The notes under the pieces: model-generated | Database searches by the model: none | Told to the model about the DNA's origin: nothing | The model's input: the letters and a program-made list of their open reading frames with translations, nothing else | Translations under genes and position numbers: made by a program | Assembly (NCBI GenBank): GCA_002633005.1 | Contig: NMRA01000051.1 | Coordinates: 871,273 to 935,272 of the forward strand | Direction of reading: 5' to 3' | Source: Phoronis australis | Lineage: Eukaryota > Animalia > Phoronida | DNA: 64,000 bases | Shown: positions 25,690 through 39,239 of the stretch, piece after piece | Layout: every line of letters begins with the position of its first letter | How positions within the stretch are numbered: the first letter of the stretch is position 1

Positions 25690-26678
25690 CTATCGCGGGC
25701 CGTTAGGGTGAAAGTGTCGCGCGTAATTACACTCTTAATTACGACCGAGTCTTCGCTCGTGTTTTACGACCGAAATCGTTCGCTAGTAATTACGACCGAG
25801 GCTTCGCTTGTGTTTTGCGATCGAAATTGCTCGCCCGTCATTACGAGCGTAATTACGACCGAGACTTCGCTCGTGTTTTACGACCGAAATCGTCATATCC
25901 AATGAGAAATTGGTTTGTAGGCCATGTGAGCTCTGAAGAAGTTTTACCCTTGTATTCTGCGCTCGTAATTTTAAAAAGTAGTCGTTAGATTTAAGTACCA
26001 GTCAACGAGACCACCAGTCATTAAATTAATACATAGTTAATGTTCGTTAGATTAAGTACCAGTCATTGAGACCACCAGTCATTAAACTAATACGCAGTTG
26101 ATGTTGTGTTTGAGGTACAAATGGTCAGTTATTCAAATGTTTTAACCACCAACATTTAAAAATTCTACTACAGAACACCCCCCCCCCCCTCCAAAACCGT
26201 TTTCGACCTATGTTCTTTGGAATGTCATATGTACGCACTATTAAGAGTAAGAGGATGAAATTTGGCCTAAACATTGCAAAAGCGTGGCACTTTTAACAAA
26301 TAAAACAAAAACATTGTCTGACTAGATATACATTTATGCACCTTAATATGTTCTAAAACAGACTACTTTCAAGTGCCTGGGATGGCTAGGACAGCCAGTA
26401 AAAAATTCAGTCTTCAATATTTTCAACCTTTTGCACTTATATACTTTGCACTTGAGATTTTACCTTCTGAACACTTCATAACGTGCAAAATACGAGCGTA
26501 AAGTAACGAACGTAAAAATACGAGCGTAAAATTTCTAGCGCACAACTACTTCAGAGCTCACGTGACCGACAGTTTCTCTTTGGATTTAATGATTTTGGTA
26601 GTAAAACACTAGCGAAGTCTCGGCCATAATTACGAGCGTAATTACGCGCGACACTTTCACTCGATCGGCACCCGATAG
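25690..26678. mobile_element. Foldback non-autonomous DNA transposon with long TIRs
   Basis: CTATCG...CGATAG termini; arms (gtgaaagtgtcgcgcgtaattac, gtgagctctgaag) mirrored; 4-bp TSD ATAA (25686-25689, 26679-26682); internal ~62-bp duplication at 25983-26105. Confidence 0.8.
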
Positions 26679-26722
26679 ATAACCTTGTATGGCCACGATT
26701 CAGTAATAGTAATCACGCTTGT

Positions 26723-27184
26723 CAGCCTCGTTCCTGCGCCTTAAGATGACGCTGATCGGTTTAGCCATTTGAGGCTTGGTTATGGGAATTACCTTCAGCG
26801 CAATGATCGGCCGCTGCCTTGACGTCTTTAAAACAAAGGCACATTTTAATTATTTTCACGGGCGTTGTTGCTTCTATTCATGAGGCAGAATGCGTTGTTT
26901 TGGTTATCGTCTAAAATAAAGGTTGTTCGTTACTTATTTTCAATTCTTTTTTATGAATAGCACTAATTTGTTTTCGAATCAAAATACATTATTTTTGTAC
27001 TAATTTAGACCTAATTTTTTTATTTTTATGTAAAATTGCGGAAAATTTCAAAATTACATTACTCGTTATATTCCGGCGATTTTCGTAAAAATGTGCCAGA
27101 ATTCTGATCACATGTTACTTCCCATAACCAAGCCTCAAATGGCTTAACCGATCAGCGCCATCTTGGGGCTTGACAACGAGGCTG
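26723..27184. mobile_element. MITE with ~70-bp TIRs (possibly AcademH-like)
   Basis: CAGCCTCGTT...AACGAGGCTG termini; arms gctgatcggtt.agccatttgaggcttggttatgggaa mirrored; flanks TCACGCTTGT / TCATACTTGT (8/10 match). Confidence 0.75.
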
Positions 27185-27288
27185 TCATACTTGTCGTCTA
27201 CATGAACGTCGCTAGCCTCGTTTCGCTTTGTGTGACTACTGGAATAACTTTTGAGATCGGTCACATGAGGCTAGATCAAGTAGGTCCG

Positions 27289-27669
27289 ATATTCTAAGAT
27301 TGCGCTTGGAAATCTGTTTGGTAAATCGCTTGCTTGACTGGCTTCCCTCACACTGTACTGTAGATCCAAGATTCGGTTGGAAGTGCGATCACAGATCTGC
27401 CGTTAATTTTCATCTTGTCAGTCAGCTGTATGTCGAATTGCTGTGAACGCATTCGCGCATTCATCAAAAGTGGGAGAGAGATTAGAAACTCTTTGGTGAC
27501 TGCAGAGTTTTTCCTGCGAGTGTATTTCAAAATCGGGAATTTTGCGATTTTTTTCTAGAAATTCCCTCACAGAGAAAAGGGGATAACTCTGTAGTAGACG
27601 TTGCGAGATGATTATTTCGTCAGAATTGTTTAAAAGATATTTTTGACGAGATTCGCGTTCCATGCCTCT
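27289..27669 (-). mobile_element. Kolobok-like element, copy 3 (truncated)
   Basis: Reverse complement of ~52759-53110; ends TCGCGTTCCATGCCTCT|TTAA. Confidence 0.75.
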
Positions 27670-28784
27670 TTAAACTTTCATGAAACGGAGCCCAAGTGAT
27701 TGAGAACTTCAAGAAAATAATTAGTAACATGTGAAAAGCCGCGAAAAAGAACGTTTAATAAATCTATTTTTAACCTCTTAGTTTTGTCATTAACAAAATA
27801 GCGAGGGATCAGTTGAAATTGGTACGCGTCTTTTTTCTTCCGAATTTTCAGTGGCAGGGTAGTAGAACACCCAGTCTTCTGCCAGTTAAAATAATGTAAT
27901 GACCGACACATTCGGAGTAGATTGACATATTCTCTTTAATTTTGAAGTAGTTATTCACGTTACAAATTGCGTTAGGCACCATTGCCCAGTGCAGCCTCGC
28001 AGCGACACTAACGTAATCGTGTGTAATTATAGACAATGGGTATGTTATCTCCCGTGTACCTACGCCGTCGTACCAAGATGTTGTTAGTGTTCGTGTCTCT
28101 TACGTTCTATGTCATGTGACAAATTGGTCAAGTTTTACCTTTTATCAAGTCTATCAGCCGGATTTCTTACTCTGGTACCCGCGATAGGTGTACAACTTCC
28201 GTCTACGCCGGGTACCAGAAATGTGGTTTCTCAGATTCTGATTTTTGGTGATGCTGTTGTTTATAACACCCTCTACTGCTCAACATATGAGACGGTTTAA
28301 GCCATATCAACTTCGTTTTTCACAGACAATATGCTACTTAAAATGTGTCGAATTTTTATATAATGAATGAAAAATATTTTATGTTTGGCGACAGAAAAAA
28401 AATGTAAATTGCCAGGTGAAGGTCGTACTCACGAAGTGTTCTTCAGGGCCAGCTGATTACTAATGATTTTCCAAATATCAGCCAAAGTGTTCGATTGATC
28501 GCGGAGCGAGATCTGTGTTGAACGGCCCCAGTTTAAGAAAAAGTTCACTCGTCTGCATGGTTTTACCGGGATTGCGAAAAATATTTCTAGTATTTCAAAT
28601 CTCTTTCAATTTATGAGCGTCGAATTTGGCGGGAAATTAGTTTCTTAGTGGTTTCTGCCATCCTAGAGGATAACAGTCGGAGCCCCACCTAGAAGTTTCA
28701 TGACATTTTGTCAATATTGGGCCAATGCTGTCATGGTTACCGAGATAAGCGAAATAATTAGCACTTGTGCTAATACCGGCTAAC

Positions 28785-28905
28785 GTGAAGATGGTTATAA
28801 TGATGATGGCTGTGTCATTGGTACTGTTTATAATGACGGCCGCAGGAATACTCATAAGGATGAAGATGAAGTCGATGACAAATGACCATATGGATGCCGA
28901 TGTCA
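28785..28905. repeat. Low-complexity GAT-rich tract
   Basis: Degenerate GAT/ATG trinucleotides. Confidence 0.5.
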
Positions 28906-30017
28906 ACACCCTACAGCACAGTCTACTTCATCTTTGGCAAAGTTCTCGATTTGTTTATTTCATCTCAGCTATCCTGGGTCCTGGGAAGATTCTCGATGCT
29001 GCCCTAACCCCATTTAATTGGAGCTTATTCAGTAACGCAAGGAACTTACTAGTGAAAGCTTATGAGATCCCGCGCTTCGGTTGTAACGTGTAGTTGTTTG
29101 TCGTGAAGTCTCGCGTGACCTCACCAAACTTACAAGACACTATCGGAACACGCCAGTGCCGTGCTACTTATTATATAGTCATCAGTTAGGCGACTGCCGG
29201 ATGTGGAACTGGCACTTGGGTCTTCACATTATCAATTATTTTTGTGGCATGCGCACTGTACGTGTTCGCTATACTGTTCCATCGGCCGCAGCTTATTTTG
29301 AGCTTCACCGTGCTGAAGATTTTTTGATTAATCAATCCCACAGTTTGCAGGTCATTTCAACGCCATAGATTTAAATAAAATGCGTGCGTGTCGCCGAACT
29401 CCAGCTCGAGCGAAACATCTTATCCTTTCTGTCGGCCGTAAGCGTAAACTCCAATGAGTAAGGTAAATGTACGAGAAATGCAGGTGTCCAAAAAAGTCCC
29501 AAATATTGACAGTTCGCTTTTGCAACATGACCTTATATGTACGTGTTTCAAATAACTTGGTAAGAAATCGTACTCGTACATCCTGTCGCATCGTAATATC
29601 TTAACACGAAAGAAGCGATGTTTTTCCCAGGCGGCTTTACTTTTTCTCAGTTGTCATGATGCATTCCGTTGTTTAATCCAGTCTTCAATATGCAAACTTA
29701 AAATGGAAGATACAACTTTTGTTCAATATCCTATATCCAACATGCAAAACGAAAACTGAGTATGGAATCCTATTTCCAATTTGTAAAATGAAGATCAAAA
29801 AGTCCGACTTTTGTTTAAAATCCGATTTTCAGTTGTTTATTTTCCATATTGGAAATTGAATTAACGGTGATACCGTAATTCAGGTTCGGTGATCGGCGTT
29901 GTGAAACGTTGGCCAGCTTTAATAACTGAATGATCCCTAATGCCAACTATGGTACCCGCGGTAGATTTTGTAGATTCTAGTAAGCCGCGGGGTCGGCGAA
30001 CCCGACTTAAAGACCTT

Positions 30018-30256
30018 GGGCCTGTTCCAAGAAACTGACTTAAAGTCATTTTTGACTGAAGTCTAAAACTTGTCTCAGTCAACTTCCAAATTTTGAAACT
30101 TTCAATTCCAGTAAGATAGTCAAAATGAAGACAAAACTTAAGTCAAGGTTAAATTATCTTTCTTGGATAGGTTTTGAGACAAATTTAAGTTTCATGGTAA
30201 AATTGACATAAATTTAAGATTTGTCTTAGCTAAGTCAGTTTTCTTGGAATGAGCCT
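30018..30256. mobile_element. PIF/Harbinger-like MITE, apparently nested in an older inverted-repeat element (~29863-30433)
   Basis: TIR GGGCCTGTTCCAAGAAACTGACTTA vs rc AGGCTCATTCCAAGAAAACTGACTTA; 3-bp TSD CTT; outer arms gtaattcagg / cctgaattac. Confidence 0.65.
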
Positions 30257-32254
30257 CTTACCTCAAAGGGTTATTATAATACAAACAGTTGAAAATATAT
30301 GAAAATGTATATCGAATTATGTAATATGTAGCATGCCATCATGTTTTCCCATTTTCTGATATCAATCTGCAACCATTCTTAGAGCAATTTTAACCGGGCG
30401 GAGATCCTGACCTGAATTACCTGTACATCAGTTCAGGAACAATTCCTAGATTGCGGCCTTGTTGTCCTTGAAAACCTATTAATACCACCTAGGTATAAAA
30501 CCGTTCTTGTTCTGTTTAGATGTTTTTAATTCAAATTCTGTTTCTTGGTTGTTATGCAAATTTGGTTGTTTATTGTGCAAATGTTTAGTCATGTGTCTGC
30601 ACGTGAAGCGTACTATTTAATAATAAGCTGAAATAATGAATACGTCGAACTTCTAGCTCTAAGTGTCCTGATTCATAGCAAAGGTGCAGCATATTTCAGC
30701 TAAAGGATATATTCTGGTAAAAAATCTTTCTAGATCTGCGCTTCTCACGTGAATTCCTGTGACACGTACCCGTGCTTGATTTTTACTGCCTGCGACCAGA
30801 GCGACGGAGTCTCTGAGAGTTGCCATGAATCACTTCGCCGCGACAATGCTTGCTAAATTGACTTTAAATTTCAATTATTAAGACAAAACATTTTAACGTG
30901 AAAAGATTTACGGTCATTATTCACCGTTGTCTAAGAATGAAAGCCCGCGGTTAATTAATCGAATACGCAAGCTCGTCAAAGGGTGGCGCTTAACGGGGAA
31001 GAGTGTACTGATTTAGCTGAATATCTGTTATGGGAAACTATTGTGGTGTAAGGAACATAGTTTATTTATATCACGAATATCAACTACTGCACAATGCTTG
31101 CGGGCAACTAATTGCTAGTCCCGCGCGTAATTTTAGGTATTGCTTTAATAGTTTGGATGAGAACACCGTTCAGATTGAAAGGAATGTGTCAGTTTTCGGT
31201 CTGCATTATAGAAACCAAGGAACACTTTACAAAACAACTTTTGAAATAAAAAAATCACAATGACATACAAATTATTCTAATTGAATTAACATTGAAATAC
31301 TCAAAATCGGTTACTTAAATATCCATGTACTGTCAAATCTCATTAGACCAGTGGACCTTTACTGCGGGTTAAAACGTACGATGTCTAATCAACTCTGTCC
31401 GTCTGCTCAACGTGCAGAAAAAAACCAAGATGAGAGGACCTACACTCCGCATTTGAATTTGGCATAAGTAATACGAATTAGACGCGAGTAATACTTTAAG
31501 TTCAACATCAAAGCGCGATTTTACCTCGTTACACATAGTTATTTGCTATAAAAGCGACGGTACATGTTTAGCGGACAGGCCGTCACTTTGTTAACATAAA
31601 TTACGGTAATAGGAATTGTCTACATGTATATATATACATGCATTTCTAACACTAGGATATTTCACTGATGATGTTCGCAAAATATGAATTTCTCGTGTCA
31701 TCTGGTGCTATGTCTGTTATTTTTTTTCATATTTTGTTTGAGCATCAATTTGTGTTTAGAGACTACACACATGTTATGTATAGTTGATGTTAGCGAATTC
31801 TAGTACGCTTTGGGAAGTCCCGCAAGACACACACTCAAAAGTACTCTACAAACTCGTCAGCAAAACCATTTTAAAGGGGCACTTCGTCGGTGTTTAGCTG
31901 TCAATTTGTTAGCTGTTAATTTAATTATAATTATAATTATCAAAACAGTTGATCGTCGTCTCAGATTCGCTGTCACTTTTACAGTTTTTCACAGCACGAA
32001 AGCGGTTTGCATAGCCTAACCTACAATGTTTCAACGAATATATCTGAGGGATTTCATTGGTTGTTAAAAGAATCGCTTTGGGGTTTAAAACTATAACCAC
32101 ACTATGCGATCTTCAATTGTCGCGGAATGAGACGGCAACTCAACTCATAGTCAGTCCGTACATGTGTCATTTTTGAATTTGCAATTTCAGGTTTGATCAA
32201 CTCTACTCTGGTCTTCACTTGGTCTTCACTTGCTTCTTTCCATAGGTACATAAG

Positions 32255-32504
32255 CATGCGTGCACCCAGCCTAAAATATAGGGGGGCTCGAAGTTTTCAG
32301 TATGTGGACATTTTACTGAAAAGACGGGGACTAAAAAAGTGGGATACTACGTTCAGACCTATGAATTGTGTATTCGCTCAGAATTTCTGTGGACTTTTGT
32401 CTCGTTTTCTCGGACTTTTTGTTTCTCTGAGGTGGACCTTTTTGCCCACTTCGCCAAATGAGGGGCTCGTTGGAGCCCCTCGAGTCCCCCCGAGTGTGCT
32501 TATG
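32255..32504 (-). mobile_element. MITE family A copy 2
   Basis: Reverse-complement homology to 8509-8767 (gtggacttttgt, ttttctcggact, ctttttgcccac). Confidence 0.7.
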
Positions 32505-32822
32505 ATTAAGCGAGGGCCTGGCAGGGGAAGCAATTACTCCCCCAGATTCGGACAAAATGAAGGAAAATCCTAGAGCAACAACAAAAAAAATGTACAGAAA
32601 TGCATCCAATGATGGAATTCCACCGTTTGGTCCTGTTGGACACCTTTGCTCTGGAGTAAATATATCCAGACGGCTGAAACGTAGAGGAGCCTCCATCCGA
32701 TATAAGAACCCAATCCGATTGTTTTGTATTAACAGCTTCATACTTTCCAAATCTTTAATAATCTCTTTGATTTTCTGGTGAAGGTTTTATGTCGCGTGAT
32801 CACTTTTATGCAACTTGGCCCT

Positions 32823-32973
32823 GGGCCCATTTGCATAAAAGTTATACGCCGCATAGCAATAATGATGTGGCATTATCACGCGCCACGTTGTTATTGTTGA
32901 ACATTGCACCTGACGTCATGCAACAATCAAACTTGTTCAGCGGATAATTTTGAAGTTTTATGCAACCCAGGCC
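32823..32973. mobile_element. Short Harbinger-like MITE
   Basis: GGGCCCATTTGCATAAAA ... TTTTATGCAACCCAGGCC. Confidence 0.45.
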
Positions 32974-32976
32974 AGT

Positions 32977-34028
32977 ATGCCAAGTGATGTTTTATTGACA
33001 ACCCTAAATCACAGACACTATTTCTACACGAAATTATTCATTACAATGACCAGCAGTCCGTTCGTTACACTGATGGCTCTAAACTTGACAACGGACAGTC
33101 AGGATCAGGAATCTACTTTCCAAACCTTGCAAATGACGACAAAGAAAGCTGGATCTCTCTGGGTAACAACGTTACAGTCTTTCAGGCTGAAAATGTCGCC
33201 ATTCACCAGGCAGACCAACTGGCAAGGGAGCATGAAACAGACCTTGGTAACAAGGAACTCTTCATACTCTCAGACAGCCAAGCAGCTGTTAAAGCTCTAA
33301 CTAAGCCCAAGATCAACTCCCATTACGTCCTGGCCTGTGTAAACGAGCTTAACCACCTTTCAGCCAGTAGAACTGTTCGTGAACTGGGTTAAAGACAATG
33401 TTGGCATTGACGGTAACAAAGCTGCTGACAAACTTGCAAAAGAAGGAGCAAGTGCACCCTGTTTTGTACCAGAACCTTGCATACAAGCTGCCTATAGGTG
33501 CTGCAGAGCAAAGGTAAGACACTGGGTGCGCAAACTGTCCGTGGATGCATGGAGAAAGCTCCCTGCCTGCAGACAAACCAAACAACTATTGAACCAAAAG
33601 GTTCAAAGAAACTTGAGTTTAGATAGGCTTGCTACAACGCAGCTGATCCAGATTATTGCTGGACACTGCAACCTAGCTCGGCACCGTAACATCACAGGAC
33701 ACATGGCATGTTCATTGTGTCCCAACTGTGGCTTGGATGCCGAGACTCCTCAACATTTGGTGGAGATTTGCCCTGCTTACAATAGACAACACAATCTACT
33801 TCTTGATGGACACATAACCCGTCTGGTTAACATTGTTAGTTCATACAGGTTTCATGGTCTTTCTGAGACAAACAGGCAAATTGGAAGACTTTACCGATGA
33901 GGAATCCGGTGATGTCGTGTCCCCATGAGTCATAATTAGGTGATTAGTGTAATGGGCTCGGCCTTGTAGTCTAAACACGTCTGATGTACCGCAAAATTAA
34001 GGCATCAGGCTACCTGCACTCTTTTTTT
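32977..34028 (+). mobile_element. 5'-truncated LINE with RNase H and C-terminal zinc finger (LOA/R1/I-group-like), copy 1
   Basis: YTDGSK (33066)...TVFQAE...ILSDSQAAVKAL, then WVKDNVGIDGNKAADKLAKEG (non-LTR RNase H motifs), then IAGHCNLARH...CPNC...ETPQHLVEICPA; frameshifted; degenerate TSD aacccaggccagt / aatccagcccaat. Confidence 0.9.
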
Positions 34029-36100
34029 AATCCAGCCCAATTGTGTTGTTAAAAGCTTTAAATTCACTTTCTTTGCGTAGTCGGAAGCTGCTTTTGAACA
34101 GAGCAGTATAAGAATTGACATAGATGAACAAAATCAAATGTCTTAAATATCCGTAAGAAGTTTGTAGAGCCCACATGTTTAGGCTGCTATCGAAGCTATA
34201 CAAATGTATAAGACAAATAAGAAACCAACTTCAAAGTAGTAGTCTTGAGGTATTGCGTTTGCTTTGCACTATTTCGGCGCAAGCATTCGTATCCGTTCGT
34301 CCTGTTCACGCATTTGTAAAAATCCAAAGTGGACTAGTTTGCAATGAGTTACGAGCCTTACATGTAGGTATTTGCCGATCTCTTGCTTCTGTTGTTTGTG
34401 TCAGGGGCTATTCTTTTTTTAAAGATGGTGACTGGAGATTGTGTACTCGACGAATCGCTATTGACAAGACTTGCCATTGTCAGCTCCGTGTGTAATCTGC
34501 TTGAAAACTGTATAAGTGAACAGGCATCTAGTGGTGCGATTCGTTAAGTACATTATTTCCGTAGTCATGAAAACTTCTCGAATGAGCGCAAAATTGCGGA
34601 ATTATTAGCCGTGTTTACTCAAGTAAAAATTTAGCGAGAAAAAAATCTGAAAAGTTTTCAGTAAAAAAGTCCCTGGAAAATACTCGTATGAACTGGCATT
34701 TAGTAGTGCGCTAGATGTTCACTGCAGTGCTTGCGATAACAGTCTCTTTTTGCTATGCCCTATTTCCTTTTCTTGATATTCATTTCTTCAAAACTTAAAA
34801 TAATTGCAGATTTCCCATGGCTGCAGGCAAAACAAATGTATTCAGAATCTTACTAGTATATCATTCCACGGTGTTCTGGGAGCCATTGTTTGGCACAAGT
34901 CAGTCGTGTAAATCAAACAGTGATTTTTCATGCAAGAATTTTCCGACTTTTGACTCACAGATCGTACTAGGTAGGCTTATCGATTCTTCTTTGAATAAAG
35001 CATTCTAGAACCGCGTACATTCAGCCAGTCTTTTCTGCCCGGTCGTTATAGAAACCGCTTGCTTGAATGTGTTTTCAACGGATATCGCCTCAGAAATGAA
35101 TCTACCAACAGCTCTCGCGTAAGTTCTTCATTTGCTTGGTTCTTTACAAGTTTTTAAGATTTTAAATGCTCTTAACCTTTTGAGCGGCTATTTACCGTTC
35201 TGGTGTACATGAACTCTTCCTCGTTCCCAGTCTTAACACAGCACCCTCTTTGCGAAAACAGCCCTTTGAAAAGTGGTGATGGATATTGCTAATTTTGAAC
35301 TCTTTTGTGAACAGGCGATACCTTCTGCCAAAATAGTGCAAAGCACGAGTGCTACTTTTTATAAATTGTAACCTCCGTTTGAGTCAGCTCCCACGTCTAG
35401 CTCGCAGATAAACTTCATAATGCACATATGAGTCCGGGGTTTAATTTCTGTACTGGAAACTTGACTGAAAAATTGCGATAATACCCCTTGAACAGTAGTT
35501 AGTAAACAACGCCCTGCGTTTTTGTACGAGCATGTAAAGCATTCTTTGTGATCATCGTGTCTTCAAATCACCACTTTTGTGACATTCAAAGCAATCAAAA
35601 AACTCCAAATTCTCAAAATGTCCGTGAATGAAATAAATCGCCTTTCGCACCCGTCAACTAGGCCCCTCTTGTACACCAGAGTTAGAAATTGTTTCAAGCG
35701 AAGTGGGTGATTTCGTGCTCTCCCAGTGCCGCGTAAAGAGAGCTGTGGCACCAGATAACCTATATTGCAAGGCTCGTTTTGAATAAAATTTGCAATCGAA
35801 TGATGCGGCGTGATTGGTTAAGATTCGTGTTTGGGACTGAGTTCGGAAATTAGATTCTGAGATTCGACTCGGACTCGAACTCGAAATATAACCTATATCA
35901 CGTTACATGATTCAAATACAAACGTGTAAGTTTACTCATGGACTTACATCGTTACATGCAATAGGCCCGTTCTGGACTAAATGTTCCTCTTGCGCGGACG
36001 TGAAAATGTATTGCATTACTGACCTACTTTTCAAAATGTTAGGCACTCGTGAATTGATTATTGTACTGTTACACTCTTGGTGTCTCCATTGCATCTTAAA

Positions 36101-36915
36101 TAGAGAATTTTACACTCGACTCAGGTTTATGACATGGGTAAACCTCTTGGAAATTTCGTCAAAATTCCAAGGCTTGCCGTGAGATTTTGACGAAATTTCC
36201 AAGAGATTTTGCCCATGTCATAAAGATGAGACGAGAGTAGGATTTGTTTTCTCACGTGAACCGTAAAAACCACCTATTTTGCCGAAAAACTCAACGTGTA
36301 TAAAACTTTCAACCACATGACGCAATTTTTGTAAAAACATGCTTGCCCAATTTAAAGTAATTCAGTTACTTTTTGTTAATAGTTTTATTTTAAGCTTAAC
36401 AACTGTAAATTGCATTCAGCTTTCTTAGATTATATTCAAGTTAGAATCGAATAAATAGTCTGTGAAGTTGTAAAATTAAAACTTAAAAATGTTTAGAAAT
36501 AACAGTCAGCAAGGCTTCCCCGCGCGTGAGCACTGAATTGACCTTGAGAGAGCACGCTTGACAGTCTCGCCGCGGTTTTTGAGTTGGCCTGGTCTCCGTT
36601 TGAATGAAAGTGGGTATGGAATTCGCCGCCGAAGATGGGTCCGTTTAAGAAGTTGTTTGCACGTCCTTCCGATTAGGAGAACGTACAGTTGCGACATCCG
36701 ATTTGTCAGTCATAACCTTGTCACCTTCGAGGAATTTCGGCATTGTTTGGTTGGTGCGCGTCTGCTTGCTTTCAATGTTTTGCAGACTATGAAATGTGAG
36801 GCGTATGGATTTCTACTTTTCACAACTTTGTGATTCGCCCATGTAATATCAAAAATGCGTGTCCGTTCTTATTCACCGGTCGTGTCGTAACACATTCCTG
36901 GTCATGTGAGAAAAA
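36101..36915. mobile_element. Non-autonomous element with a subterminal hairpin and split inverted repeats (Crypton-like)
   Basis: Palindrome at 36110-36245 (tttatgacatggg.aaa.ctcttggaaatttcgtcaaaat and its mirror); tttctcacgtg (36248) is inverted at atgtgagaaaa (36904). Confidence 0.45.
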
Positions 36916-39239
36916 GTATTAATATAACTTTGCCTGCATTACAATGATGAATTATGTAATAATTAAGATGTGAGATAGAGGTTAGTACATTTGCATGTGA
37001 GGAAGTGTGAAGAAGCATGACAAGTGCTTGAAACGTGTGTTGTATTGTGGGTAAACACCCAACAGAATGAGAGTGGTGCTGTGTTATTTCATGACGGGAC
37101 CATTGGTCAAATTTCGAGTTGAGCCAGTTTATCATGGTACACGGATTTGAGCCCGAGCTCAGTTCCTTGGCCTTGGTTATCACTATAGGCTCCAGATCCT
37201 GGGCCCCGTGGTCCGCTCTAGGGTCCACTGGATCCTGGGTCTTGATGGTCACCCAACTCAGTCTCTTCATCACCCGTTATTTCAGAGATTATTTCCTTGC
37301 TCAAAATGGCTTCTATGTTTAGATTGTCTTATTCTCTGTCTTTTCCTTTGTCTTTTCGGTCATTGACCTGCGTTGACCTGTAGGTCGCTTGATTAATTCC
37401 CTAAGAAAATATCTATTTCATAAATGTTGTAGTTATTGCGCTATTAGTACCAAAGCGAGTTTGACGGTGCATTTTGCGAGTCTCTCACTGACCACCATGT
37501 ATGTCAAACTCTGCTTTACATTTACTACACACTTACACCTAATCTAATAGGATATGTGTTGATCCGAGACAATTTTATCCAAGCCGCTTTATCGGAAGTT
37601 TAGTGAAAAGTATTGCATCTTCATCTGCTCTATGTGATAATTTGTTAAGATAGCGCCGTGACCTTTGGTAACTACTAACTTATAAGTTCTTCTTCATAGT
37701 ACCGAATGATTTCAGCGGTAGAATTTTCTTCGAAAACAATTATCGTTATCTTAACACTCCGTGTTTTGTTAATTAACTGAAGACACGCGATAAGGTTAGT
37801 GAGAGCCGCATGCATGCAATCATGCTCTGCTGCGATCATTGCGCGCAACCCCCACAAGTCTATCGCTCCATAATATTTCATCGTTTAGGCTATTGCAAAC
37901 AATATAAAGCAGTTATCGTCATTGTGTTTACACAAGCTTAACGTTTCAGTTAACTTTGCAACAATCACCAGCATACGGTATATAGATCACTCCTCTTATG
38001 CAGTCTATATGACGAAACTGATGCGCCATTGCATAACTGAGACGCTGCCTGAAAATCGCTGAGTTTTGTTGGCTTGTTATCTACACACGAAAGGATTTCG
38101 TTTGAAGCATTTTTCTCTTTAATTCATGATTCGGTAGAGATCGTGAATACATCGCATAAGCTGTGCTATTCTTTTTTCACTTATGCCACCAAGAAATTTC
38201 CGCTTTACCATTTTCCCTAGCTGTTTCAGTACTCCTCAGGTTGCGGTCCACTGCATTTTTAAAAAGTCCCATAAGGCTGCGATATGTTGACTGCCGTACA
38301 CCCAAGAAAAACTGTTTAAAATTCTGGATGCTAAGTTTCTTTATTAAAAAAACACAGAAAGATTCATCTTAACAACAAGCTGATATCATTCCATAAAATT
38401 GTGCTGAAGCAGCATTTTCCCCCGATAAGCTTGTTTTATTCTAGGGTACCGTATACCGCTCACGGGCATAAACAGCAGACTATACCTGTAACTATCAGGA
38501 GCACATTACGTCGATGCACCTGGCTGGCAAGTAAAGCTGGTGAAGTCAAGTGCTTTGCTTGTAATGCATGGCGATAACTCGACAACACTTCCATAATCTC
38601 GCTTTGCTCGAAAGAAACTTGCTGTATTGGAAGCAACCCAGCTCAGCAAAATGAAATAAAAATAAAAAGGTTTCTTCATGCTGACATACGTCTCGGCACC
38701 TTCAGTGGACGCTGTCCTCAAATCATTTTCTTTGACGAATCTCTAACACCATTAAGGCATCACGTTTAACCAGTGGAGACTGATTTATTGAATCTTATTA
38801 ACCAATAAAGCCCACATGTCTAAAAGTATTAAGGACTTGAAGGCAAACTCGTCGGGGTGAATATATTTAATGGACATGCTAAAAAACGTTCAAATGTCGC
38901 TTGATTGATTAATTTAGCGTCAGAGATGCTTCGTGACGAGAAATTTTATCATGTGCTTAAGAATTGTGGCGCTCAAAAGACAGGAAAATTTCTGAGGCCA
39001 CTTATGCTGTATGAAATGAATGGTAGTCCTAAATGTTTTAGCCATTCAGTAACAAAGCATGCAGGTTACTTAGACTCTGGACGGACAGTTCTCGCAGCCA
39101 ACCCACGGATACTCCATGAAAATTAGTGTACCAGACAATACAGTTGGCTACTTACTACGTTGTCTCCTATTACATGTGACCATATCATTTCCATGAACTA
39201 ATGTCGATACCACCTTTTAGTTAATACCTTCATCAATAG

